Origin: the human T2T-CHM13v2.0 reference genome, Homo sapiens
DNA length: 64,000 bases
Assembly: GCF_009914755.1 (NCBI RefSeq)
Contig: NC_060935.1
Reading direction: 5' to 3' (one strand)
Below the pieces are notes generated by a model. It had not been told where the DNA came from. It saw only the letters and a list, made by a program, of their open reading frames with translations, and made no database searches. Positions 14,710-26,884 of the stretch are shown here, in pieces. The position numbers and the translations under genes were made by a program. The stretch's first letter is position 1, and every line of letters begins with the position of its first letter.

Positions 14710-17700
14710 TTTACCATAGCCCTAAAAGTGATTTGAAATTTCTCTTTGCATATTCTATGCAAACAGTGTTTCCACAATGCTGAATGAAAAGAAAGGTTTA
14801 ACTCTGCTAGATGAATGGATACATCACAATGTGGTTTCTCAGATAGCTTCCTTCTAGTTTTTATCCGGGGATTTTCACTTTTTCACCTATGGCCTCAATG
14901 AGCTATCAAATATCCCTTGGCAGATTCTACTAAAACAGTGTTTACAAACTGTTGAATCCAAGGAAATGTTGAAATCTGTCAGATGAATGCACGCATCACA
15001 AAGCAGTTTCTCAGAAAGCTTCCTTCTAGTTTTGATCTGAAGTTATTTTCTTTTTCACCATAGGCCTCAAAGCCCTCCTATATATACCTTCACAGATTCT
15101 ATGAAAACAGTGGTTCCAAACTGCTGAATGAAAAGAAAGTTTTAACTCTGCGAAGTGAATGCACACATTACAAAGTGGTTTCTCAAGTAGTTTCTTTCTA
15201 GTCTTTATACTGGGATATTCGCTTTTTCTCAGATGGCCTCAATGAGCTGCCAAATATCCCTTCGCACATTCTACAATAACAGTGTTTCCAAACTGGTGAA
15301 TCCAAAGAAAGGTTTTACTCTGTGATATGAATGCATACATCACAAAGCAGTTTCTCAGAAAGCTTCTTTCTAGTTTTCAACAGAAGATATTTCCTTTTTA
15401 CCATAAGCCTAAATGCACTCCCAAATATCCCTTCACAGTTTCTACAAAAAGAGTGTTTCCAACCTGTTGAATGAAAATAAAGGTTTAACTCTGTGAGATG
15501 AATGCTCACATCACAAAGCGGTTTTTCAGATAGATTCCTTCTAATTTTTTTCATGGGATATTTACTTTTTGGCCTTTGGCTTCAATGAGCTCTCTAATAT
15601 CCCTTCGCGGATTCTACAAAAACATTGTTTGAAAACTGCTGAATCCAAAAACTGTTTAACTCTGGTAGATGAATGCACACATCACAAAGCAATTTCTCAT
15701 AAAGCTTCTTTCTACTTTTTATCTGAAGATATTTCCTTTTTCACCATAGACCTAAATGCGCTCCCAAATATCCCTTTACAGATTCTACCAAGATGATGTT
15801 TCCATTCTACCAAGACGATTCTGAGATTTAAATGCACACATCACAAAGCGGTTTCTCAGATACCTTTCTTCTAAGTTTTATCCTTGGATATTCACTTTTT
15901 CACCTTGGCCTCAATGAGCTCCCAAATGTCCATTCATAGAATGGACAAAAACAGTGTTTCTACACTACTGAATCCAAAGAATGGTTCAACTCTTAGAGAT
16001 GAATGCAGACATCACAAAGCACTTTCTCGTAAATCTTCTATCTTGTTTTTTCTGAAGATATTTCCTTTATCACCATAGTCGTCTATGCAATTCCAAATGT
16101 TCATTCACGGATTCTGCCAAAGTACTGTTTCCAAACTGCTGCATGAAAAGAAAGTTTTAACTCTCCCAGATGAATGCACACATCACAAAGCAGTTTCTCA
16201 GATAGCTTTCTTCAAGTTTTTCTCCTGTGATATTTGCTTTTTCACCATTGTTGTTAATGAACTATCAAATGTCCTTTTGCAGAATGGGTGAAAACAGTGT
16301 TGGCAAAATGCTGATTTCACTGAAAGAATTATCTCTGTGAGCTGAATGAACACTTCACAAAGCAGTTTCTCAGAGAACTTCTTTCTAGATTTTATCTGAG
16401 TATATTTCCTTTTTCACCATAGGCCTCAATGCACTTCCAGATATCCCTTTGAAGTTTCTATGAAAATAGTGTTTCCACAATGCTGAATGAAAAGAAAGTT
16501 TAACTTTGCAAGATGAATGCACACATCACAAAGCGGTTTCTCAGATAGCTTTCTTCTAGTTTTAATTCTGGGATATTCTCTTTTTCACCTTTGAACTCAA
16601 TGACCTCCCAAATGTCCATTCACAGAATGGACAAAAAGAGTGTTTCCAAACTGCTGAATCCAAAGAAAGGTTTAACTCTGTGAGATGAATGCACACATCA
16701 CAATGTAGATTTTCAGAAAGCTTCCATGTAGTTTTTATCTGAAGATATTTCCTTTTTCATTGTAGGCCTCCTTGAGCTCCCAAATATCCCTTTGCAGATT
16801 CTTTGAAAACAGTTTTTCCAAACTGCTGAATGAAAAGAAAGGTTTAACACTGTGAGCTGAAATCACACAGCACAAAGCTGATTGTCAGATAAATTTCTTC
16901 TAGTATTTATCTGGGGATATTGGCTTTTCTGCTTTGGCCTCAATGAGATCTGAAATGTCCTTTCATAGAATGGACAAAAACAGTGTTTCCAAACTGTTGA
17001 TTCTAAGGAAACTTTTAACTCTGAGATAAATGCACTCATCACAAAGCAGTTTCTCAGAAAGATTCCCTCTGGTTTTTATCTGAAGATATTTCCCCTTTCA
17101 CAATAGGCCTTAATTTGCTCCAAAATATCCCTTCTTAGATACTACAAAAACAGTATTTTTAAACTGCTGAATGAAAAGAAAGTTTTATCTCTGTGAGATG
17201 AATGCACACATCACAAAGTGGTTTTTCAAATAGCTTCCTTCTAGTTTCAATCCTGGGATGTTTGCTTTTTTGCCAATGGCCTCAATGAGCTCCAAAATAT
17301 CTGTTCACAGATTCTACAAAAACGGTGTTTCCAAACTGCTGAACGCAAGGAAAGTTTTAACCGTGTGAGAAGAATGCACATATTACAAAGCAGTTTTTCA
17401 GAAAGCTTTTGTCTAGCTTTTATCTGAAGATATTTCCTTTTTCATCATAGGACTCAAGGTGCTCCCATATATTTGGGAGCACAGGTTATACCAAAACAGT
17501 GTTTCGAAACTGCTGAATGAAAATAAAGGTTTAACTCTGATAGATGAAGGTAGACCTCACAAGGCAGTTTGTCAGATATGTGCCAAAAGAGTGTTTCCAG
17601 ACTGCTGAATGAAAAGAAATGTTTATTACTGCGAGCTGAATGTACACATCACAAACCAGATTCTCAGATAACTTTTTATCCAGTTTTTATGCTGGGATAT

Positions 17701-19789
17701 TAGCTTTTTGGCCTTTGGCCTCAATGAACTCCCAAAGGTTCATTCGCAAAATGGACAAAAACAGTATTTGCAAATGACTGAATCCACAGAAATGTTGAAC
17801 TCTGTGAAGTGAATGCACACATCACAAAGCAGTTTCTCAGAAAGTTTCTTTCTAGTTTTTATCTGAAAATAATTCCTTTTTCAGCATAGGCCTCAATGTG
17901 CTCCCAGTTATCCCTTCAAAGATTCTACAAAAACAGTGTTTCCAAACTGCTGAATGAGATGAAAGGTTTATCTCTGTGAGATGAATGCACACATCACAAA
18001 GCAGTTTCTCAAATAGCTTCCTTCTAGTTTTTTTTCCTGGGATATTCCCTTTGTCGCCATTGGCCTCAATAGCTCCCAAATTTCCCTTCACAGATTCTAC
18101 AACAACCGTTTTTCCAAACTGCTCAATTCAAAGAAAGGTTTAACTCTGTGAAATGAATACACACATCATAAAGCATTTTCTCAGTAAGCTTCTTTATAGT
18201 TTTTATCTGAAGATATTTCCTTTTTCACCTTAGGCCACAGTGCGCTCCCAAATATCCCATTGTGGATTATGCCAAAGTAGTGTCTCCAGACTGCTGAATG
18301 AAAAGGTTTTAAATGTTCTAGGTGAATGCACACATCACAAAGCTGTTTCTCAGTTAGCTTCATTCTAGTTTTTGTCCTGGGATATTCACTTTTTCGCCAT
18401 CAGCCTCAATGAGCTCTCAAATGTCCATTGGCAGAATGGACAAAATCAGTGTTTGCAAACTGCTGAATCCACAGAAAGATTTAACTCTGTGAAGTGAATG
18501 CACACATCACAAATCAGTTTCTCAGAAAACTTCTTTCTAGTTTTTATCTGAAGATATTTCCTTTTTCATCATAGGCCTCAATGCGTTCCCAGATATTGCA
18601 TCACAGATTCTACCAAAACAGTGTTTCCAAACGGCTGAATGAAAAGAAAGTTTTATCTCTATGAAGTGAATGCACATATCACAAAGCGGTTTCAAAAATA
18701 GCTTCCTTCTAGTTTTAATCCTGGAATGTTCACTTTTTCATCGTGGGCCTCAATGAGCTCCCAAATATCCCTTTGCAGATTCTACAATAGTGTTTCCAAA
18801 CTGCTGTATCCAGGGAAAGCTCTGTGAGGTGAATGCACATATCTCAAAGAAGTTTCTCAGAAAGCTTCTTTCTAGTTTTAATCTGAAGTTATTTCCTTTT
18901 TCACCATAGGCCTTAATGTGCTCCAGATATCACTGCATATTTTCTACATAAACAGTGTTTCCAAATTGCTGAATGAAAAAAAGGCTTAATTCTGTGAGAT
19001 GAATGCACACTTCACAAAGGAGTTTCTCAGAAAGCTCATTCCTTGTTTTTATCTGAAGATATTTCCTTTTTCACCATAGGACCCAATGTGCTCCCAAATA
19101 TAACTTTGCAGAAAAACAGTGTTTCCAAACTGCTAAATGAAAAGAAATGTTTAACTCTGAGAGATGAATGTACACATCACAAAGCCATTTCTCAGATAGC
19201 TTTCTTCTAGTTCTCTTCCTGGGAAGTACGGTTTCATTCCTTTCATTTCATTAAGCTCCAAATATCCCTTTGCAGACAATTCCACAACAGTGTTTCAAAA
19301 CTACTGAATCCAAAGAAAGGTTTACCCCTTTGAGATGAATGCACACATCACAAAGCAGTTTTTATGAAAGCTTCTTTCTAGTTTTTACCTGAAAGTATTT
19401 CCTTTCTCACCATAGGCCTCAATGTGCTCTCAAACATCCATTTGTGGATTCTGCCAGTGCAGTATTCCAAACTAGTGTATGAAAAGAAAGTATTAACTCT
19501 GTAAGGTGAATGCACACATCACAAAGCTTTTTCTCAGATAGCTCCTTTGTAGTTTTTATCCTTGGATATTCACTTTTTCACCTTTGGACTAAATGAGCTC
19601 CCAAATGTCCATTAGCAGAAGGGACAAAAACAGTGTTTGTAAACTGCTGAATCCAAAGAAAAGTTGAAACCTGTGAGATGAATGCACACATCACAGAGCA
19701 GTTTCTCAGAAAGCTTCTTTCTAGTTTTTATCTGAAGATATTTTCTTTTTCACCATAGGCCTCAAAGCCCTCCTATACATACCTTCGCA
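14710..19789 (-). repeat. Alpha satellite dimeric layer, - orientation
   Basis: Alternating CTAGTTTTTATCTGAAGATATTTCC / CTAGTTTTTATCCTGGGATATTC monomers. Confidence 0.95.
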
Positions 19790-20278
19790 GATGATGATGG
19801 CGGTTTTGTCAAAAAGAAAAGGGGGAAATATGGGGAAAAGAAAGAGAGATCAGATTGTTACTGTGTCTGTGTAGAAAGAAGTAGACATAGGAGACACCAT
19901 TTTGTTCTGTACTAAGAAAAATTCTTTTGCCTTGGGATGCTGTTAATCTATAACCTTACCCCCAACCCCGTGCTCTCTGAAACATGTGCTGTGTCAACTC
20001 AGGGTCAAATGGATTAAGGGCGCTGCAAGATGTGCTTTGTTAAACAGATGCTTGAAGGCAGCATGCTCGTTAAGAGTCATCACCACTCCCTAATCTCAAG
20101 TACCCAGGGACACAAACATTGTGGAAGGCCGCAGGGACCTCTGCCTATGAAAACCAGAGAACTTTGTTCACATGTTTATCTGCTGACCTTCTCTCCACTA
20201 TTATCCTATGGCCCTGCCACATCCCCCTCTCTGAGAAACACCAAAGAATGATTAATAAATACTAAAAAAAAAAAAAAA
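19790..20278 (+). mobile_element. 5'-truncated SVA (SINE-R domain only; SVA_A-like) with poly(A)
   Basis: HERV-K-derived env end and PPT (AAAAAGAAAAGGGGGAAA, 19811-19828), LTR5-like U3 (GGGGAAAAGAAAGAGAGATCAGATTGTTACTG), the SVA-type internal LTR deletion junction (AAAACCAGAGA|ACTTTGTTCAC, ~20160), AATAAA at 20254-20259 and A15. Confidence 0.93.
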
Positions 20279-22120
20279 GATATTTCCTTTTTCACCATAG
20301 GCCTCAAAGCACTCCAAGATATCCTTTCACAGATTCTATGATAACAGTGTTTCCAACCTGCTGAACAAAAGAAATGTTTAACTCTGTGAAATGAATGCAC
20401 ACATCACAAAGTGGTTTTTCAGATTGCTTTCTTCTATTTGTTTCTAGTATATTTTCTTTTTTGCCATTGGCCTAAATGAGCTCCTGAATATCCATTTGCA
20501 TATTCTAAATTAACAGTGTTTTCAAACTGCTGAATCAAAAGTTAACTCTATGAGATGAATGCACACATCACAGAGCAGTTTCTGAGAAAGCTTCTTTCTA
20601 ATTTTCATTTGAACATATTTCCTTTTTCAACATAGGCCTCAATGAGCTCCCAAATATAACTTTGCAGAATCTGCCAAAACAGTGTTTTCAGACTGCTGAG
20701 TGAAAAGAACTTTTTATCTCTGTGAGGTGAATGCACACTTAAGAAAGTGATTTCTCAAATAGTATTCTTCTAGTTTTATTTGGGGATATTCACTTTTTTG
20801 TCATTGGCCTGAATGAGCTCCCCAATATACATTTGCAGAATGGACAAAAACAGTATTTGCAATCTTCTGAATCCACAGAAAGGTTTAACACAGTGAGATG
20901 AATGCACAAATCACAAAGCAGTTTCTCAGGAAGCCTCTTTCCACTTTTTATCTGAAGATATTTCCTTTTTCACCATAAGCCTCAATGTGCTCCCAGATAT
21001 CACTTCGCAGATTCTACGAAAACAGTGTTTCCAAACTGCTGAATGAAAAGAAAGGTTTAACTCTGTGAGAGGAATGCACACATCACAAAGTGGTTTCTCA
21101 AATAGCTTCCTTCTAGTTTTTATCCTGGGATAGTTGGTTTTTCCCCTTTTGCCTAATTTAGCTCCCAAATTTCCCTTCACAGATTCTACAACAACAGTGT
21201 TTCCAAACTGCTGAATCCAAAGAAAGGTTTAACTCTGTGAGGTGAACGCACACATCTCAAAGCTGTTTCTCAGAAACTTCTTTTAATTTTTATCTGAAGT
21301 TTTTTTCACCACAGACCTCAATGTGCTCCCAAATATCCCTTCATGAATTCTTCCAAAACAGTGTTTACAGATTGCAGAATGAAAGGACAGTTTTAACTCT
21401 TTGAGATGAATGCACACATCACAAAGTAGTATCTCAGATAGCTTTCTTCTAGTTTCTATCCTGGGATGTTGTCTTCCTCATCATTGGTCTCAAGGAGCTC
21501 CCAAATATCCGTTTGCAGATTCTACAACAACGGGGTTTTCAAACTGCTGAATCTAAATAAAGGTTTAACTCTGCAAGATGAATGCACACATCACAAAGCA
21601 GTTTCTGTGAAAACTTCTTTCTAGTTTTTATCAGAAGATATTTCCTTTTTCACCATAGGCCTCAATGCACTCCAGATATCTCTTCACAGGTTCTACAAAA
21701 ACAGTGTTTCCAACTTGCTGAATGACAAGAAATGTTGAACTCTGTGAGATGAATGAACACATCACCAAGAGGTTTCTCAGATTAATTTCTTCTAGTTTTT
21801 TTTTTTCCCTGGAATATTTGCTTTACTGCCATTGGCCTCAGTGAGCTCCCAAATATCCCATCACAGAATCCACAACAACAGTTTTTTAAAACTGATGAAT
21901 CCAAAGAGAGGTTTAACAGTGTGAGATGAATGCACACATCACAGAGCTGTTTCTCAGAGAGCTTCTTTCTAACTTTTATCTGAAGATAGTTCCTTTACAC
22001 CATAGGTCTCAATGTGCTCCAAAACATCCCTTTGGGGATTCTGCCAAAATAGTTTTTCCAGACTGCTAAGTGAAAAGAAAGTTTTATCCATATGATGTGA
22101 ATGCACACATCACAAAGCAG
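20279..22120 (-). repeat. Alpha satellite dimeric layer, - orientation (end of layer)
   Basis: Same dimer diagnostics (CTGCTGAATG/CTGCTGAATCC, TATCTGAAG/TATCCTGG) up to ~22100. Confidence 0.93.
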
Positions 22121-23149
22121 TTTCTCAGAAAGCTTCATTCTAGTTCTCATGAGAAGATATTTCTATTTTAGCCATAGGCCTCAAAGTGCTACCAAATACT
22201 CCTTTGCAGATTCTACAAAAAGATGGTTTTCAAACTGCTCAATCAAAACAATGCTTCAACTCTGTGAGATGTATCCCCAAATCAAAAGGAATTTTCTCAG
22301 AAAGCTTCTGTCTAGTTTTTATGTGAACATATTTCATTTTTCACCATAGGCCTTAAAGTGCTCCCAAATATCCCTTTGCAAATTCTACAAAAAGACTGTC
22401 TACAAACTGGGCAATCAAAAGAATACTTCAACTCTGTGAAATGAATGTACACTTCACAAAGAAGTCTCAGAGAAAGATTCTGTCTAGTTTTTATGTGAAG
22501 ATATTTCCTTCTTCACCATAGGAATCAAAGGTCTCACAAATATCCCTTTGCAGATTATAGAAGAACAGAGTTTCCAAACTGCTCAATGAAAAGAAACATT
22601 TACCTCTGTGAGATGAATGCAAACATCACTAAGCAGTTTCTCAGAAAACCTGTTTCTAGTTTGTATGTAAAGATATTCACTTTTTCACCTTAGGCCTCAA
22701 AGAGCTCCCAAGTGTCCCTTTGCAGATTCTACAAAAAGACTGTTTCCAAACTGCTCAATCAAAACAATGGTTCAAATGTGTGATATGTATGCACACATTA
22801 TGAAGAAGTTTCTCAGAAAGTGTCTGTGTAGTTTTTATGTCAAGATATTTCCTTTTTCACCATAGGGCTCAAACTGCTCACAAATATCCCTTTGCAGATT
22901 CTACAAAAAGACTGTTTCCAAACTGCTCAATAGAAAGAAAGATTCAACTCTGTGAGATGAAAGCAAACATCACAAAGAAGTGTCTCAGAAAGCTTCTGTC
23001 TAGTTTAGTGTGAAGATATTTCCTTTTTCACCATAAGACTCAAAGTACTCCCAAATATCCCTTCACAGATTCTACAAAAATACTGTTTCCAAATTGCTCA
23101 ATCAAAAGAATGGTTCAACTCTGTTAGATGAACGCACACATCACAAGGA

Positions 23150-25740
23150 AGTTTCTCAGATAGCTTCTGTCTAGTTTTTATGTGAAGATATTTCGTTTTT
23201 CACCAAAGGACTCAAAACACTCACAAATATCCCCTTGCAGATTCTGTAAGAACAGAGTTTCCAAACTGCTTAATGAAAAGAAACGTTTACCTCTGTGAGA
23301 TGAATTCACACATCCAAAGAAGTTTCTCAGAAACCTTCTTTCTAGATTTTATGTGAAGATATTTCCTTTTTCACCATAGGCCAAAAAGCGCTTCCTAATA
23401 TCCCTTTGCAGATTCTACAAAAAGACTGTTTCCAAAATGCTCAATCAAAAGAATGGTTCAACTCTGTGAGATGAATACACACATCACAAAGCAGTTTCAC
23501 AGACAGCTTCTTTCTAGTTTTTATGTGAAGATACATCATTTTTTTATACAGGCCTCAAGCGCACACAAATATGCCTTTTCAGAATCTACAAAATGACAGT
23601 TCCCAAACTGTTCCATCAAAGCAATGTTTCAACTATGTGACATGCATGCACACATTATGAAGAAGTTTCTCAGAAAGCTTCTGTCCAGTTTTTATGTGAA
23701 GATATTTCCTATTTCACCATAGGCCTAAAAGTGCTCAGAAATATCCCTTTGCAGATACTAGAAGAACAGAGTTTCCAAACTGCTCAATGAACAGAAACTT
23801 TTACCTCTGTGAGATGAATGTACACATTACAAAGCAGTTTCTCAGAAAGCTTCTTTCTAGTTTTTATGTGAAGATATTTCCTTTTTTACCACCGGCCTCA
23901 AAGCACTCCCAAATATCCCTTTGCAGATTCTACAAAAATACTGTTTTGAAACTGCTCAATCAAACGAATGGTTCATCTCTGTTAGATGAATGCACACATC
24001 AGAGGGAAGTTTCTCAGAAAGCTTCTGTCTAGTTTTTAAGTGAAGATATTTCCTTTTTAACCAAAGGTCTCAAAGTGCTCACAAATATCCCTTTGCAGAT
24101 TCTGGAAGATTAGAGTTTCCAAACAGCTCAATGACAAGATACGTTTACCTCTGTGGGATGAATGCACACATCACAAAGAAATTTCTCAGAAAGCTACTGG
24201 TTAGTTTTTATGTGAAGATATTTCGTTTTTCAACAAAGGCCTCAAAACACTCGCAAATATCCCCTTGTAGATTCTGGAAGAACAGAGTTTCCAAACTGCT
24301 TAATGAAAAGAAACATTTACCTCTGTGAGATGAATGCACACATCAGAAAGAAGTGTCTCAGAAACCTTCTTTCTAGTTTTTATGTGAAGATGTTTCCTTT
24401 TTCATCATAGGCCAAAAAGCACTCCCAAATATCCCTTTGCAGATTCTACAAAAAGACTGTTCCAAACTGCTCAATCAAAAGCGTGGTTCAACTCTGTGAG
24501 ATGAATACACACATCACAAAGCAGTTTCACAGACAATTTCTTTCTAGTTTTTATGTGAAGATATATCATTTTTTCACTGTAGGCCTCAAGCGCACACAAA
24601 TATGCCTTTGCAGATTCTACAAAACGACAGTTTCCAAACTGCTCAATCAAAGCAATGCTTCAACTCTGTGAGATGCATGCACACTTTATGAAGAAGTTTC
24701 TCAGAAAGCTTCTGTCCAGTTTTTATATGAAGATATTTCCTATTTCACCATAGGCTTAAAAGTGCTCACAAATATCCCTTTGCAGATCTAGAAGAACAGA
24801 GTTTCCAAACTGCTCAATGAACGGAAACTTTTACCTCTGTGAGTTGAATGCACACATTACAAAATAGTTTCTCCAAAAGCTTCTTTCTAGTTTTTATGTG
24901 ACAATATTTCCTTTTTCACCACTGGCCTCAAAACACTCCCAAATATCCCTTTGCAGATTCTACAAAAAACTGTTTCCAAAATTCTCAATCAAAAGAATGG
25001 TTCAACTCTGTGAGATGAATACACACATCACAAAGCAGTTTCACAGACAGCTTCTTTCTAGTTTTTATGTGAAGATATATCAGTTTTTCACCATAGGCCT
25101 CAAGCGCACACAAGTATGCCTTTTCAGAGTCTACAAAATGACAGTTCCCAAACTGCTCAATCAAAACAATGCTTCAACTCTGTGAGATGCATGCACACAT
25201 TATGAAGAAGTTTCTCAGAAAGCTTCTGTCCAGTTTTTATATGAAGATATTTCCTATTTCACCATAGGCCTAAAAGTGCTCAGAAATATCCCTTTGCAGA
25301 TACTGGAAGAACAGAGTTTCCAAACTGCTCAACGAACAGAAACTTTTACCTCTTTGAGATGAATATACACATTACAAAGCAGTTTCTCAGAAAGCTTCTT
25401 TCTAGTTTTTATGTGAAGATATTTCCTTTTTTACCACCGGCCTCAAAGCACTCCCAAATATCCCTTTGCAGATTCTACAAAAATACTGTTTTGAAACTGC
25501 TCAATCAAATGAATGGTTCAACTCTGTTAGTTGAATGCACACATCACAGCGAAGTTTCTCAGAAAGCGTCTGTCTTGTTTTTAAATGAAGATATTTCCTT
25601 TTTAACCAAAGGTCTCAAATTGCTCACAAATATCCCTTTGCAGATTCTGGAAGAATAGAGTTTCCAAACAGCTCAATGACAAGAAACATTTACCACTGTG
25701 AGTTGAATGCACACATCACAAAGAAGTTTCTCAGAAAGCT
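23150..25740 (-). repeat. Local 6-mer/3-mer higher-order duplication within the monomeric layer
   Basis: TTTCGTTTTT at 23191 and 24221 (1030 bp apart). GTTTCACAGAC at ~23495, ~24525, ~25040 (1030, then 515 bp). AATACTGTTTTGAAAC at ~23937 and ~25482. Confidence 0.88.
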
Positions 25741-26507
25741 TCTGTCTAGTTTTTATGTGAACATATTTTGTTTTCACCATATGCCTAAAAGCGCATGAAA
25801 ATATCCCTTTGCAGATTCTACACAAAGGTAGTTTCCAAACAGCTCAAACAAAAGAAAGCTTCAACTCTGTGTAGTGAGTGCACACCTCACAAAGAAGTTT
25901 CTCAGAAACCTTCTGTCTAGTTTGTAAGTGAAGATATTTCCTTTTTCATCGTAGGACTCATTACGATCTCAAATATCCCTTTGCTGATTCTATGAAAAGA
26001 CGGTTGTCAAACTGCTCAATGAAAACAATGTTTCTACCCTGTGATATGTATGCACACATCACAAATAAGTTTCTCAGGAAGCTTCTGTCTAGTTTTCGTA
26101 TGAACATATTTCTTTTTTCACCATAGGTCTCAAAATGCTCCGTAATATACTTTAGCCGGTTCTAAAAAGGAGTGGTTCCAGACTGCTCAATGAAAAGAAT
26201 GGCTCAACTCTGTGAAATGAATGCACACATCACAAAGCAGTTTCTCAGAAAGCTTCTCTTTAGTTTTTGTGAAGATATTTCCTTTTTGACCATAGGCCTC
26301 AAAGCACTCACAAATGTCCCTCTGCAGATTCTACAAAAAGATGGATTCCAAATGGCTTAATCAAAAGAATGGTTCAACTCTGTGAGGAGAATGTACACAT
26401 CACAAAGTGGTTCCTCACAAAACTTCTTTCTAGTTTTTATGTGAAGATATTTACTTTTTCTCCACTGGCCTTTAACCTCTCCCCAAATTCCTTTTGCTGA
26501 TTCTACG

Positions 26508-26884
26508 AAAAGACTGTTTCCAAACTGCTCAATCAAAAGAATGGTTCAACTCTGTGAGATGAATGCACACATCACAAAGAAGTTTCTCAGAAATCTTCTG
26601 CCTACTTTTTGTGTGAAGATATTTCCTTTTTCAGCATAGGCATCAAAGCGCTCATAATATCCCTTTGCAGATCCCACAAAAAGACTGTTTCCAAACTGCT
26701 CAATCAAAAGAATGGTTCAACTCTGTGAGATGAATGCACACAACACAAAGAAGTTTCTCAGAAATCTTCTGCCTACTTTTTGTGTGAAGATATTTCCTTT
26801 TTCAGCATAGGCATCAAAGCGCTCATAATATCCTTTTGCAGATCCCACAAAAAGACTGTTTCCAAACTGCTCAATCAAAAGAAT
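26508..26884 (-). repeat. Near-perfect 171-bp tandem monomer duplication
   Basis: GAAATCTTCTGCCTACTTTTTGTG at 26590 and 26761; about two mismatches between copies. Confidence 0.93.

Noticed and set aside
19829-20263. HERV-K LTR5 solo LTR
   Set aside because: It includes upstream env/PPT sequence, has the SVA-type internal deletion, and ends in poly(A) after AATAAA with no U5, so it is SINE-R.
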